64,000 nt of DNA from an uncultured Thermoleophilia bacterium (GCA_963715985.1 CAVQSP010000010.1:224001-288000); one strand, 5' to 3'; shown: positions 52,173 to 62,229, numbered from the stretch's first letter. Program-made: numbers and translations. The notes: generated from the sequence alone by a model not told the origin.

Positions 52173-53192
52173 TTACCCCTTGAACAGCAGCGCCAGGCCG
52201 CTCAGGAACAGCACCGCGGCGAGGATGCCGCGCAGCACGCGGGTCGGCGCCTTGACGGTCAGCTGGGAGCCGAGAAGCACGCCGGGGATGGAGCCCATCA
52301 GCAGGGCGGCGACCATCCAGAGGTCCACGTTGCCCACGCCGATCTGCGCCAGGCCGGTGACGAGCAGCAGGATCATCGCCTGGAAGACGTCCGTCCCGAC
52401 GATGCGGTCCGTCGTGAGCGGATAGAAGAGGATCAGGAACACGCCGATGAGCGTGCCGCTGCCGACGGACGTGAGGCCGATGATGAAGCCCACCACGAGG
52501 CCGAGGCACACGGTGCCGAACTTCATACGCCGCGACATCTTGATGTTCTCGCGGCGGTACTTCATGTCGACGTGGAGGACGATCTTCACGACCAGCAGCA
52601 CGCCGACCATCATCAGGGCCGAGCCGATGGCCCGGTACAGGATGACGTTGATGAGGTCGCCGTAGTGGTTCTTGACGTAGGTGACGGCGGCCACTCCGGT
52701 GAGCGCCGCCGGCACGCTGCCGAGGCACAGCCAGAGCGCGAGCGGGATGTCCACCGACCCCTGGCGCCAATGCTTCCAGGAGCCGGCGATCTTGGTGACC
52801 GCGGCATAGGTCACGTCGGTGCCCACGGCCATGGTCGGCGAGAAGCCGAAGACGAAGATGAGCACCGGCGTCATCAGTGCGCCGCCACCCATGCCCGTGA
52901 GGCCCACGAGGAAGCCGACCATGAGGCCGGCGATGCTGAGGTAGCCGTTGAGGTTGGCGCCCAGCGTCAGGTACATGATGAGGACGAACACGCCCCAGCC
53001 GGCGAGGCCGATGCCCCAGCGCTTGAGCCACGTGCGGGTGGACATCGCCTCCGGCTCGGGGCCGGGGCGGAACGGCGGGATCGTCTCGTCGATCTGCGGG
53101 TCGAAGATCTCGCCGTCGCTGTCGAGCTCGTGGATGCCCGGGAGCAGGTGACCGGCGTCGATCGCCGCGGCGCTGCGTTCGCTGTCGCTCAT
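52173..53192 (-). CDS. TauE/SafE family sulfite/organosulfonate exporter
   Basis: GLTGMGGGALMTP, AVGTD, GLTSVGSG, IVGTD and GSIPG. Confidence 0.9.
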   Translation of the reverse strand: MSDSERSAAAIDAGHLLPGIHELDSDGEIFDPQIDETIPPFRPGPEPEAMSTRTWLKRWGIGLAGWGVFVLIMYLTLGANLNGYLSIAGLMVGFLVGLTGMGGGALMTPVLIFVFGFSPTMAVGTDVTYAAVTKIAGSWKHWRQGSVDIPLALWLCLGSVPAALTGVAAVTYVKNHYGDLINVILYRAIGSALMMVGVLLVVKIVLHVDMKYRRENIKMSRRMKFGTVCLGLVVGFIIGLTSVGSGTLIGVFLILFYPLTTDRIVGTDVFQAMILLLVTGLAQIGVGNVDLWMVAALLMGSIPGVLLGSQLTVKAPTRVLRGILAAVLFLSGLALLFKG

Positions 53193-53250
53193 GATCTCCC
53201 GACCGTCGCCCGCGCTGCAGCTGTGAGGCTGCCGGCGCCTGAATGGGCGG

Positions 53251-53294
53251 AGTATGGGCAGCCCGCACTTATCTGTCAAATAAGGTCAGGCTAT
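53251..53294 (-). promoter_or_regulatory. Sigma70 promoter of tauE overlapped by LysR-type boxes
   Basis: Minus strand TTGACA-N17-CATACT; palindrome CTTAT-N7-ATAAG (53268-53284, T-N11-A) covers the -35; adjacent ATAG-N7-TTAT. Confidence 0.7.
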
Positions 53295-53421
53295 GGATAT
53301 CCGACCCGAGCCGGGGTCCCATCGAGCCGCGAGCCTGAGCGGGGCGAGGGGTATCAGCTCAGCTGATGCGTGGCGCTCCGCTCATGCGGAATACGAATGA
53401 CGTGTGGCCCTGCCGGAGCGG

Positions 53422-54620
53422 TCAGCGCACGTACGCGTCGAGGAAGCTCCACCAGGCGACGCCGATGGGCTGCGGCTGCGCGAAGGCGGCCTGGGCGTAG
53501 TACGCCGCCTCGCTCGCGTCCCACGAGTCGCGGCTGGGCCACCAGACGCTGAGGCCGGTGGCCCTGGCGGACGCCGGCCCCGTGTCCTGGGCGATGAGCG
53601 CCGCCGCCACGTCCGCCGCGACCCGCCGTGACGCGGCCTTGAGCGCCGGGTCCGCGATGCCGCTGTCCGCCGCCAGCTGCCGGCACAGGTCGCCGAGGTC
53701 GGCGTAGTCCGTGGCCCATGCGAACCAGGACGTGCTCGGCGGCCGCGGTGATCCCCTCCCTGGAGGCCGCCAGATCGATGCGCAGCAGTGTGGCCCAGTT
53801 CTGCAGGTCGGCGGTGGCGCTGTCCAGCCTGGCCAGGTCGATCGCCGCGAGGTGGGCGCCGGGGGCCCACGTCTGTGCGTCGTAGTAGGTCTTCCAGCCG
53901 GCCACCATGTCGGCGCCCACCTGCGCCGGCGTCCGTGTGGGATCCGCCGCCACCGGCGCGAGCATGAGGTCGTAGGGGTAGCCGTTCTGCGGCACCGTCT
54001 CCTCCGAGGCGACAAGGATGCCCACCTTGCCGCTGCGCGCGGCCTCGTAGGCGACCTCCGTGTTGGCCATGTTGCAGCAGTCGAAGGCGAGGAGGTCCAC
54101 CGTCACGCCGGCGTTGGCGAGCGCGCTGCGGAACTCGTCCATGGTGATGCGGTCGCCGCCTGAGGTGTCGTCGGCGGCGAAGTAGCGCCAGCCGTAGCCG
54201 TGGTCCCACACACTCACGGCCAGCCGCCCCGAGGGATACCTGGCGCGGACCTCCTGGATGAACCACTGGAAGGTGGCGCCGTCGCCGAAGTCCTTCTCCG
54301 GGTACACGGCGACGAGCGACTGCGTGGAGCCCTCAAGCTCGACCAGCTCGCGTGCCCGTCGCGCCGCTGCGGTCCATCATCGCGACGATCTCGAATCCCT
54401 CACCGGCGGGGATCCTGAGCAGGGCGGGGAGACTGTACTGCTCCCAGTACCTGTCGAGGCTGTTGTCGCCGTCCATGTAGATGGCGTAGACCCACTGCGT
54501 GCCGGGCGCGGCGAGGGCGGTGGTCGCGGGCGCCGGGCGCGCGAGGGCGGCGGTGGACGCCGCGAGGAGCGCGACCACGGTGAGCATCGCGAGGATGACG
54601 AGAGATCGCCTCGAGCGCAT
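53422..54620 (-). CDS. Secreted clostripain-related cysteine peptidase (C11; frameshifted)
   Basis: Signal peptide; IYMDGDNSL, WDHGYGW (His), AFDCCNM (Cys) and VASEE. Confidence 0.85.
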
Positions 54621-54733
54621 GGCTCCTCCGTTCCTGTGGCCGCACAGGGCGCAGGCCCGTTCTGCGATGGTCCCGAGTATTCGCCGCCGGGGCGGCGAGC
54701 GCAAGCCGGGGCGCCGCAGGGATGAACGGACGA

Positions 54734-54826
54734 GAAGGGTCCGGCCGGCCGCGCGGAGGGCCGCGGAAGGCCGCGCGGAGGGCCGCGGAAGGCCGCGGAA
54801 GGCCGCGCGAAGGGTCAGCCGGCCGC
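54734..54826. repeat. Short tandem repeat at the LysR 3' end
   Basis: About 6 copies of GGCCGC(GC)GGA(A/G), flanked by two copies of GAAGGGTC...CCGGCCGC. Confidence 0.75.
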
Positions 54827-55717
54827 CGCGTACTGCTCGCGGAAGAACGCGAGCAGGGCCTCGGCGGCCCGGCTCAGCACGCGCGTCTTGGAGCGCACGC
54901 TGTAGAAGTCGCGCAGCACGCGGAAGCCCTCGATGGGCACGACCGCCAGTGTGCCGTGCTCCACCTCAGGTCCGATGGCCCAGCGGCTCACGAAGGTCAC
55001 GCCGCCGCCGGCGATGGCGGCCTGCTTGGCGGACTCCATGAGACCCATCTCCATGACCACGTTGAGGCGCTCGGGGCGGACGCCGGCACGGCGCAGGTGG
55101 TCCTCCACCACGATGCGCACGCCGGCGCCCTGCTGCTGCATCACCTGCGGCTCGCCGACGAGCTCGTCCAGGGTGACCTGCTCGCGCGAGGCCCACGGGT
55201 GCGAGGGGCTGCACACCAGCACGATCTCGTCGCGGGCCAGCGGCTCGGCGACCAGCTCCGGGCGCGGCGTGACGGCGCCCACGGCGCCGATCTCGAACTC
55301 GCGCGCCAGCACCCGCTCCACCACAGCGTGGGTGTCGTCCACGTGCAGCGAGATGGTGACGCCGGGGTAGGCGTCCTTGAACTGCGTGAGCATGCCGGGC
55401 AGCACGTGCTCGCCGGGACCGGTGGAGGCGCCGACCACGATGCGCCCCGCGATGAGCTCGCCGAGGTCGAGGATCTCGGTGCAGGCACGCTCGTGCAGGT
55501 CGAGGATCTCGCGACCGTACCGGTAGAGCACCTGGCCGGCGTCGGTGGGCACCACGGTGCGGCGCGAGCGGTCGAGCAGCGTGGTCTTGAGCTCGCGCTC
55601 GAGGCTGTGCACCTGCTGGCTGGCTGCGGGCTGCGTGATGTGGAGCTCGTCGGCCGCCAGCGAGAAGCTGCGCCGGTCGACGATGCGGCAGAAGAGCCGG
55701 ATCTGACGGATATCCAT
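54815..55717 (-). CDS. LysR family regulator (CysL/YeiE-like)
   Basis: SFSLAADELHITQPAASQQV helix-turn-helix; GASTGPGEHVLP, ESAKQA and GVTFVS. Confidence 0.92.
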   Translation of the reverse strand: MDIRQIRLFCRIVDRRSFSLAADELHITQPAASQQVHSLERELKTTLLDRSRRTVVPTDAGQVLYRYGREILDLHERACTEILDLGELIAGRIVVGASTGPGEHVLPGMLTQFKDAYPGVTISLHVDDTHAVVERVLAREFEIGAVGAVTPRPELVAEPLARDEIVLVCSPSHPWASREQVTLDELVGEPQVMQQQGAGVRIVVEDHLRRAGVRPERLNVVMEMGLMESAKQAAIAGGGVTFVSRWAIGPEVEHGTLAVVPIEGFRVLRDFYSVRSKTRVLSRAAEALLAFFREQYAAAG

Positions 55718-55880
55718 GCACGTATCTTATCTCATGGATTCTGCGGCGAGGAGCCGCGCCACAGCACGTGTTGCGCAGAGGCGCGTGCCGCGCCAAAGCG
55801 CGTGCTGCGTAGGGGCGCGTGCCGCGCCGGAGCGAGGAGCCGCGCCAAGGCGCGCGCCCTGGCGCGCCGAGGTGTGCGCC

Positions 55881-55967
55881 CTCCCAACCGGGAGGCATAC
55901 TCGGATCCGCGATTTCAAGCAAAGGTGTCGTTGGACGTACGCCCGGTTGAAACCGCCGAACGGAACA
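55881..55967. repeat. Dispersed intergenic repeat, copy 1
   Basis: Shares CCGCGATTTCAAGCAAAG...CGTTGGA.GTAC...TGAAAC...ACGG.ACA with 62146-62229. Confidence 0.75.
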
Positions 55968-56027
55968 GGCCCGCGGCGCGGTGTGACGCCTGCGAGCTCG
56001 GCAGAGGATGGCAGCGCCGGAACGGCA

Positions 56028-56100
56028 CGCATCGCCGTCGCTCAGACGAGCGGAGGCGCATCGCCGGCGGTCAGACGAGCGGAGGGGCCTCGCCGTCGCC
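56028..56100. repeat. 29-bp tandem repeat (~2.5 copies) spanning the DUF354 stop codon
   Basis: CGCATCGCCGTCGCTCAGACGAGCGGAGG then CGCATCGCCGGCGGTCAGACGAGCGGAGG, then a partial copy. Confidence 0.8.
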
Positions 56101-57186
56101 GACGTCGCTCACCAGGCGGCCCAGGCGCGCCCGGCGGGAGCGGGGCTGCGCCAGGTCGATGAGCCGCTCGACGAAGATGGACGGGTCCCGCGGCTGCACG
56201 GCGGCCAGGCGGTCGTCCTTCTTGCGCAGCACGATCTCGGCGGCCGTGGCCGCCGGGCGCAGGCGCCGGTCGGCGAGCAGGGCAGCGTCCACCGCCGAGG
56301 GCGGCCGCTGCGAGACGGTGTAGGCCGGCGTGCCCAGGGCGGCCGCCTCGCGCGCCATCACCCCGCCGGCGCCGAGCACGAAGTCGGCGGCGGCGAGCAG
56401 GCTGACCGCCTCGGGCAGCGGGCCATCCGGCGCGGTGAGCCCACGCGGCACACGGGCCAGAAACCGGGCGCGCTGCTCGGCGTCGCGGGCCACCAGCACG
56501 AGGGCCACGTTGCGGCGCCCGGCCAGCTCGCCGGCGAGGTCCAGCAGCGCGGCCTCCGAGCGCGCCGCCTCGCCGGACGGCAGGGCGGCGCGCTCCGCGC
56601 GCACGCGCGGCGGCCGGGGCGGGCGCAGCACGCCCACCACGTGCCGGCGGTCCACGCCGAGCCGAGCGAGGACCTCAGGGTCCGGGCGCAGGTCGTAGAG
56701 GTAGTACTCCTCCTTGAAGCCGGGGTAGCGGAAGAGCTTGTCGGGCGACGCCCCGAGGTCGGCCAGCGTCGCCTGCGGGATCGCCTCCGGCACGGCGACC
56801 TCGTCGACGAGGCGCACGTTCACGGAGTTGCTGCGCCGCGAGCGCTCGTCGTCCAGAAAGGTGAGCTGCGGGATGCCGAGGGCCCAGGCGGCGAGCACGA
56901 AGTCGCTGGCGTGGCTGCCCGCCGCCACGTCGAAGCGGCCGCTGGAGGCCGAGCCGATGAGCTGCGCCGTGCGGTTCACGAGGCCCACGGCGCGGGTGCC
57001 CAGCCCTCCGCCGCGGTGGCCGGTGGTGAGCACGCCGCCCAGCCCGTGGCGGCGCAGCACGAGGTCGGCGCCGGCGAAGCGGCGCGCCGTCACCGTGACG
57101 GTGTGCCCGGCGCCCTCCAGACGGCGGACGATGGGGGCGAAGAACACCACGTGGGAGGCGTCGGTGATGTCGACCCACACGCGCAT
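56071..57186 (-). CDS. DUF354 family protein (GT-B fold)
   Basis: MRVWVDIT..SHVVFF, TARRF, YPGFKEEYYL and GGVMAREAAALGTP. Confidence 0.85.
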   Translation of the reverse strand: MRVWVDITDASHVVFFAPIVRRLEGAGHTVTVTARRFAGADLVLRRHGLGGVLTTGHRGGGLGTRAVGLVNRTAQLIGSASSGRFDVAAGSHASDFVLAAWALGIPQLTFLDDERSRRSNSVNVRLVDEVAVPEAIPQATLADLGASPDKLFRYPGFKEEYYLYDLRPDPEVLARLGVDRRHVVGVLRPPRPPRVRAERAALPSGEAARSEAALLDLAGELAGRRNVALVLVARDAEQRARFLARVPRGLTAPDGPLPEAVSLLAAADFVLGAGGVMAREAAALGTPAYTVSQRPPSAVDAALLADRRLRPAATAAEIVLRKKDDRLAAVQPRDPSIFVERLIDLAQPRSRRARLGRLVSDVGDGEAPPLV

Positions 57187-57228
57187 GGTGTCAACCTTCT
57201 GCGGCCGCCGCCGCCCGCGCGGCGAGCG

Positions 57229-58326
57229 TCAGGCGAGCCCCGCGGCCACGGCGTCCGCCACTTCCTTCACCTGGTCCTCGCCGAGGTTGGGGTGCATGGG
57301 GATGGCGAGGTTCTGTGCGGCGGCCTCGTCGGTGTTGGGGAAGTCGCCGAGCTTGTGACCCTGGCCGGCGAAGGCCGGCTGCAGCTGCAGCGGCGTGGTG
57401 TAGTAGGCGGCGCTGTCCACGCCGCGCTCCTTGCAGGCGGCGGCGATGGCGTCCCTGCGCGCGTGCCGGATCACGTAGAGGTGGTACACGTGCGTGAGAC
57501 CGTCGGGTACGGCCGGCCGCGCGACTTCCGCGGGGAGGTAGTGGTCGTACCAGGCGGCGACCTGAGCGCGCCGCGCGTTCCACTCGTCGATGACCTCGAG
57601 CTCCAGGCGCAGGATGGCCGCCTGCACCTCGTCGAGGCGCGAGTTGAAGCCGATGTCGGTGAAGGTCTTCTTGTCCTTGCTGCCGTGGAAGCGCAGCTCG
57701 CGGGCGCGGTCCACCAGCACCTTGCTGTGGGCGGTGACCAGGCCACCGTCACCGTAGCCGCCGAGGTTCTTGGTCGGGAAGAAGCTGAACACGGCCATGT
57801 CGCCGAGGCTGCCGGCGCGGCGGCCCTTGTAGGTGGCGCCCCAGGCCTGGCAGGCGTCCTCCACCACGGCCAGGCCGTGCGCGTCCGCCACCGTCTTGAC
57901 GGCGTCGGCGTCGGCCGGCAGGCCGAAGAGGTCGACCGGCATCACGGCCTTGGTGCGCGAGGTGATCGCGGCCTTGATGGCGGAAGGGTCGATGCACAGC
58001 GTGTCCGGGCGGATGTCGACGAAGACCGGCTTGGCGCCGGCCTGAGCGATGGCCTCCGGCGTGGCGAAGAAGGTGAACGGCACGGTGATGACCTCGTCTC
58101 CGGGGCCGATGCCGAGCGCCCGCAGGGCGATGGTGAGGCCGTCGGTGCCGTTGGCCACGCCCACGGACCCCGTGGTGCCCATGTAGGCCGAGGCCTCCTC
58201 TTCGAAGCCCTTGACGTTGGGCCCAAGGATGACGCGTCCGCTGCGCAGCACGTCGAGGACGGCCGCCTCGATGCGCTCCTGAAGCTCCGCGTACTGTCCC
58301 TTGATGTCCATGAGTCCGACGGCCAT
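57229..58326 (-). CDS. DegT/DnrJ/EryC1/StrS sugar aminotransferase
   Basis: ANGTDGL, VEDACQAWG, FSFFPTKNLGGYGDGG and NSRLDEVQAA. Confidence 0.93.
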   Translation of the reverse strand: MAVGLMDIKGQYAELQERIEAAVLDVLRSGRVILGPNVKGFEEEASAYMGTTGSVGVANGTDGLTIALRALGIGPGDEVITVPFTFFATPEAIAQAGAKPVFVDIRPDTLCIDPSAIKAAITSRTKAVMPVDLFGLPADADAVKTVADAHGLAVVEDACQAWGATYKGRRAGSLGDMAVFSFFPTKNLGGYGDGGLVTAHSKVLVDRARELRFHGSKDKKTFTDIGFNSRLDEVQAAILRLELEVIDEWNARRAQVAAWYDHYLPAEVARPAVPDGLTHVYHLYVIRHARRDAIAAACKERGVDSAAYYTTPLQLQPAFAGQGHKLGDFPNTDEAAAQNLAIPMHPNLGEDQVKEVADAVAAGLA

Positions 58327-58490
58327 GCTGACGCCTCCTTGCGGCGGGGAAGTCGTGAGGGGTGGTGGCGAACCTACCATACGCGTGCGCGGGCGGGCCA
58401 CCGGAGCGGGACGCGCGGCGCCGGTGACGGGCCGTCGAGGGGCGGGCGAGGCGTTAGCACCCGCGCCCGCCGTGCGGTACTGTCTGCCGC

Positions 58491-59136
58491 ATGCAGTCCA
58501 TCATCAACGACGTGGTGCAGTGGGCCACGCATCTCATCGGCGCGTGGGGCCTGCCGGCCGTGTTCTTCCTCATGCTGCTGGAGAGCGCCTGCATCCCGGT
58601 GCCCAGCGAGGCCATCATGCCCTTCGCCGGCTTCGCCGTGAGCGAGGGCACGCTGACCTTCCTGGGCATCGTCGTCGCGGGGGTGGCCGGCAACCTCGCT
58701 GGGCTCGTGGATCGCGTACGCCGTCGGCTACTACGGCGGCCGCCCCTTCGTGGACCGCTGGGGCAAGTACGTGCTGCTGCGGCCGCATCACCTGGACACG
58801 GCGCAGCGCTGGTTCGACCACTACGGGGCCCCGGTCGTCTTCTTCGGGCGCATGCTGCCCATCGTGCGCACCTTCATCTCCCTCCCTGCCGGCTTCGGCA
58901 AGATGAAGTTCTGGAAGTTCACGCTGTACACCGTGCTCGGGTGCGTGCCGTGGGTGGCCTTGCTGGGCTACGTCGGCGTCAAGCTGGGCGGCAACTGGGA
59001 GAAGATCCGCCCGCTGCTGCACTACGTGGACTACGTCGTGGTCGCGGCGCTGGTGGCGCTCGTGGTGTACGTATTGGTGCGCTGGCGCCGTCGCAAGGCC
59101 GTGGCTGCGGCCGCCGCGGCGCCTGACGAGGACTGA
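58491..59136 (+). CDS. DedA family membrane protein (frameshifted)
   Basis: LESACIPVPSE and FFGRMLPIVRTFISLPAG. Confidence 0.9.
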
Positions 59137-59163
59137 CGTGGGCGCGCCGCGGGGGGACGCCGC

Positions 59164-60076
59164 ATGAGTACGGCCTCGTGCCGGGTGCGGGTGCCGGCCA
59201 CCACCGCCAATCTCGGCCCCGGCTTCGACTGCCTCGGCCTCGCCCTGGACCTGTGGAACGACGTCCACTTCTCGCTGGAGGGCGACGGCGTCGTCGTGAC
59301 GTCCAGCGGCACCGGTGCGGAGGCCCTGCCGGCGGACGAGACCAACATGGTCGCCAGAGCCTTTCTGCGCCTGTGCGAGGAGGCCGGACGCGCAGCGCCC
59401 GCCGGCCTCCGCATCCACAGCGAGCTCGCCGTGCCGCCGTCCTCGGGGCTGGGGTCGAGCGCCGCCGCCGTGGTGGCCGGCCTGCTCGGCGCCAACACGC
59501 TCCTCGGCCGGCCCCTCGACCGGGCGAACCTGCTTGAGCTCGCCGCCGCCATCGAGGGCCACCCCGACAATGTGGCGGCCACCGTGCTCGGCGGCCTCAC
59601 CATCGTGGTGCGCCGCGGCGACAAGCTGCTGACCAAGAAGATCCTGGTGCCGGAGGTGCACGTGGCGCTCGCCGTGCCCGAGCTGCCCTTCAGCACCGGC
59701 GCGGCGCGCGCGAGCCTGCCGAGCGAGGTCTCCATGCAGGACGCCGTGTTCAACCTGGGGCGCACGCCGCTCGTCGTCGAGGCGCTCCGCACCGGCGACT
59801 ACGAGCTGCTGCACGAGGTGATGGAGGACCGTCTGCACCAGGCCGCCCGCCTCAAGCTCATCCCGGGCGGCCCGACGGCGTGGCTGGCCGCCCAGCATGC
59901 CGGGGCGGCGGCCGTGGCCATCTCCGGCTCCGGCCCCAGCCTCGTGGCCTTCGTCGAGCCTCACCACCGACGCGATGCGGGTGGCTCGGGCGATGTCCGA
60001 GGCGTTCGCCGGCGAGGGCGTCACGGCGCGGCCGCTGGGCCTGAGGGCCTCGACGGCCGGCGCGACGGTCGCGTAG
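59164..60076 (+). CDS. thrB: Homoserine kinase (frameshift near 3' end)
   Basis: PATTANLGPGFD, GLGSSAA, EGHPDN, DRLHQ and ISGSGPS; probable stop TAG 60074-60076. Confidence 0.92.
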
Positions 60077-60153
60077 CCGTCAGGCGGGTCGCCTGCGCGT
60101 CTGCACTCATCGGCCGCGCGTGGCCGTTTCTGCAGGGTGGGTATAGTCGGACC

Positions 60154-60573
60154 ATGAACGCCGGCTACGAACTCGTTGACCACACCGCCGACATCGGCGT
60201 ACGCGCTCGCGGCCACACGCGCGAGGAGGTCTACGAGCTGGCCGCCGAAGGCATGTTCTCGCTCATCTGCGACCCCATGACCATAGCCGGCACCGAGACG
60301 GTGGACGTGGAGGTGGAGGCGGCCCAGCCGGACCTGCTCCTGGCCGCCTGGCTCAACGAGCTGCTCTACCGCTTCGAGGCGACCCGCGTGCTCTTCGAGA
60401 GCTTCGAAGTCACGGCGCTCACCGACACCAGCCTGAAGGCGCGTGTCGGCGGAGAGCCGCTCGACCCCAAGCGCCACGCCGTGTGCGGCGGGGTCAAGGC
60501 GGCCACCCTCCACCAGCTCTCCCTCGCCCCGTGCGAAGGCGGCTGGGAGGGCTTCGTCCTGCTCGACGTCTGA
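60154..60573 (+). CDS. Archease
   Basis: YELVDHTADIG, WLNELLY and VKAATLH...LDV; TATAGT -10 lies 6 nt before the ATG. Confidence 0.92.
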   Translation: MNAGYELVDHTADIGVRARGHTREEVYELAAEGMFSLICDPMTIAGTETVDVEVEAAQPDLLLAAWLNELLYRFEATRVLFESFEVTALTDTSLKARVGGEPLDPKRHAVCGGVKAATLHQLSLAPCEGGWEGFVLLDV

Positions 60574-60580
60574 GGGCCGC

Positions 60581-62014
60581 ATGCGCGTCACGCGCACCGG
60601 GACCCACACCTACGAGATCGCCCGCGAGGGCGCCATGCGCGTGCCCGGCCGCGTGTATGCGGACGAGAGCCTGTTCACGCAGGCGGGCCACGAGGAGGCC
60701 CTGCAGCAGGTCGCCAACGTGGCTACGCTGCCCGGCATCGTGAGCGCGAGCATCGCGATGCCGGACATCCATTGGGGCTACGGCTTCCCCATCGGCGGCG
60801 TGGCGGCGATGGACGAGCGCGACGGCGTGGTCTCGCCGGGTGGCGTGGGCTTCGACATCAACTGCGGGGTGCGCCTGGTGCGCACCGGTCTCGGCGTCGA
60901 GGAGGTGCGCCCCAGGCTGGAGCAGCTTCTGCAGGAGCTGATGCGGCGCGTGCCGCAGGGGGCCGGGCCGCGCGGCGCCCTCGAGTTGGGCGAGCGGGAG
61001 CTGGCCAGGCTCGTCGAGTGCGGCGCGCCGTACCTCGTGGACCGCGGCTTCGCCACGACGGACGATCTGGAGCACATCGAGGAGGGCGGCGCCATGGCCG
61101 GCGCCGATGTCTCCGCCGTGAGCGCGAAGGCCATGGCGCGCGGCCGCTCCCAGGTGGGCAGTCTGGGCTCCGGCAACCACTTCCTGGAGCTGCAGGTGGT
61201 GGACGAGGTGCTGGACGAGGAGGCGGCGAGCGCCTTCGGCGTCGCCGCCGGCCAGGTGATGGTGATGATCCACTCCGGCTCGCGGGGCTTCGGGCACCAG
61301 GTGTGCACCGACTACCTGGCGCGGATGGCGCAGGCGGCGGCGCAGGCCGGCATCGAGCTGCCCGACCGGCAGCTCGCCTGCGCGCCGCTGGACTCGGCCG
61401 CCGCGCGCGAGTACCTGGCGGCCATGGCGTGCGCCTGCAACTTCGCGTTCGCCAACCGGCAGATGATGCTGCACGAGGTGCGCGGCGCGTTCGAGCGCGT
61501 GTTCCGCGCGAGCTGGGAGCGCCTGGGCATCGAGCTCGTCTACGACGTGGCGCACAACATCGCCAAGCGCGAGGTCCACCTGGTGGAGGGCGCCGAGCTG
61601 CCCGTGTGGGTGCACAGGAAGGGGGCGACCCGCGCCTTCGGCCCCGGTCGCCCCGACGTCCCCGCCGCCTACCGCGCCGTCGGCCAGCCGGTCATCATCC
61701 CCGGCAGCATGGGTACGGAGAGCTGGCTGCTGGCCGGCACGGAGACGGCCATGCGCGAGACCTTCGGCTCGACGTGCCACGGCGCCGGCCGGGCGCTCTC
61801 GCGGCACGCCGCCAGGAAGCTCAAGAGCGGCGCCGACGTGCGCCGCGAGCTGGAGGCGCGCGGCATCGTCGTCAAGGCCGGATCGGTGGGGTCGCTGGCC
61901 GAGGAGGCGCCGTACGCGTACAAGGACGTCGCCGGCGTGGTGGACGTGGTGCACGACGCCGGCCTGTCGCGCAAGGTGGCGCGCCTCAAGCCGCTCGGCG
62001 TGCTGAAGGGGTGA
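60581..62014 (+). CDS. rtcB: RtcB RNA ligase (archaeal/tRNA-splicing type)
   Basis: MPDIHWGYGFPIGG, GFDINCG, GSLGSGNHF, HSGSRG, HNIAK, HRKGAT, PGSMG, HGAGR and EEAPYAYK. Confidence 0.95.
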   Translation: MRVTRTGTHTYEIAREGAMRVPGRVYADESLFTQAGHEEALQQVANVATLPGIVSASIAMPDIHWGYGFPIGGVAAMDERDGVVSPGGVGFDINCGVRLVRTGLGVEEVRPRLEQLLQELMRRVPQGAGPRGALELGERELARLVECGAPYLVDRGFATTDDLEHIEEGGAMAGADVSAVSAKAMARGRSQVGSLGSGNHFLELQVVDEVLDEEAASAFGVAAGQVMVMIHSGSRGFGHQVCTDYLARMAQAAAQAGIELPDRQLACAPLDSAAAREYLAAMACACNFAFANRQMMLHEVRGAFERVFRASWERLGIELVYDVAHNIAKREVHLVEGAELPVWVHRKGATRAFGPGRPDVPAAYRAVGQPVIIPGSMGTESWLLAGTETAMRETFGSTCHGAGRALSRHAARKLKSGADVRRELEARGIVVKAGSVGSLAEEAPYAYKDVAGVVDVVHDAGLSRKVARLKPLGVLKG

Positions 62015-62145
62015 GGCGCGGGGCGGCTTCGCCCGCCGCGCCCCGCCTCACTGCCGCCCGCCGCCGCGCCGCGCCGCCCGCCCACCACCAACCGCCCGCC
62101 CACCACCCACCGCCCGCCCGCCGCCGCCCCCCTGGATGCGGAAGT

Positions 62146-62229
62146 GCCCACCCGCAAGCAGTGTCCCGACCGCGATTTCAAGCAAAGATACCGTTGGAAG
62201 TACCGTTGCCTGAAACACGAGACGGGACA
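62146..62229. repeat. Dispersed intergenic repeat, copy 2
   Basis: 18-bp identity (62170-62187) plus colinear similarity to 55881-55967; internal inverted repeat TTTCAAGCAA/TTGCCTGAAA. Confidence 0.75.

Noticed and set aside
800-60100. Many frameshifted genes as pseudogenes or programmed frameshifts
   Set aside because: Indels are spread over ~20 unrelated genes, including housekeeping ones, often at G/C runs and without in-frame nonsense decay. Long-read assembly error is the simplest explanation.
59164-60573. ThrB-archease fusion in the ORF track
   Set aside because: The linker is out-of-frame nonsense, thrB has a natural stop at 60074-60076 in the shifted frame, and archease has its own -10 and ATG.
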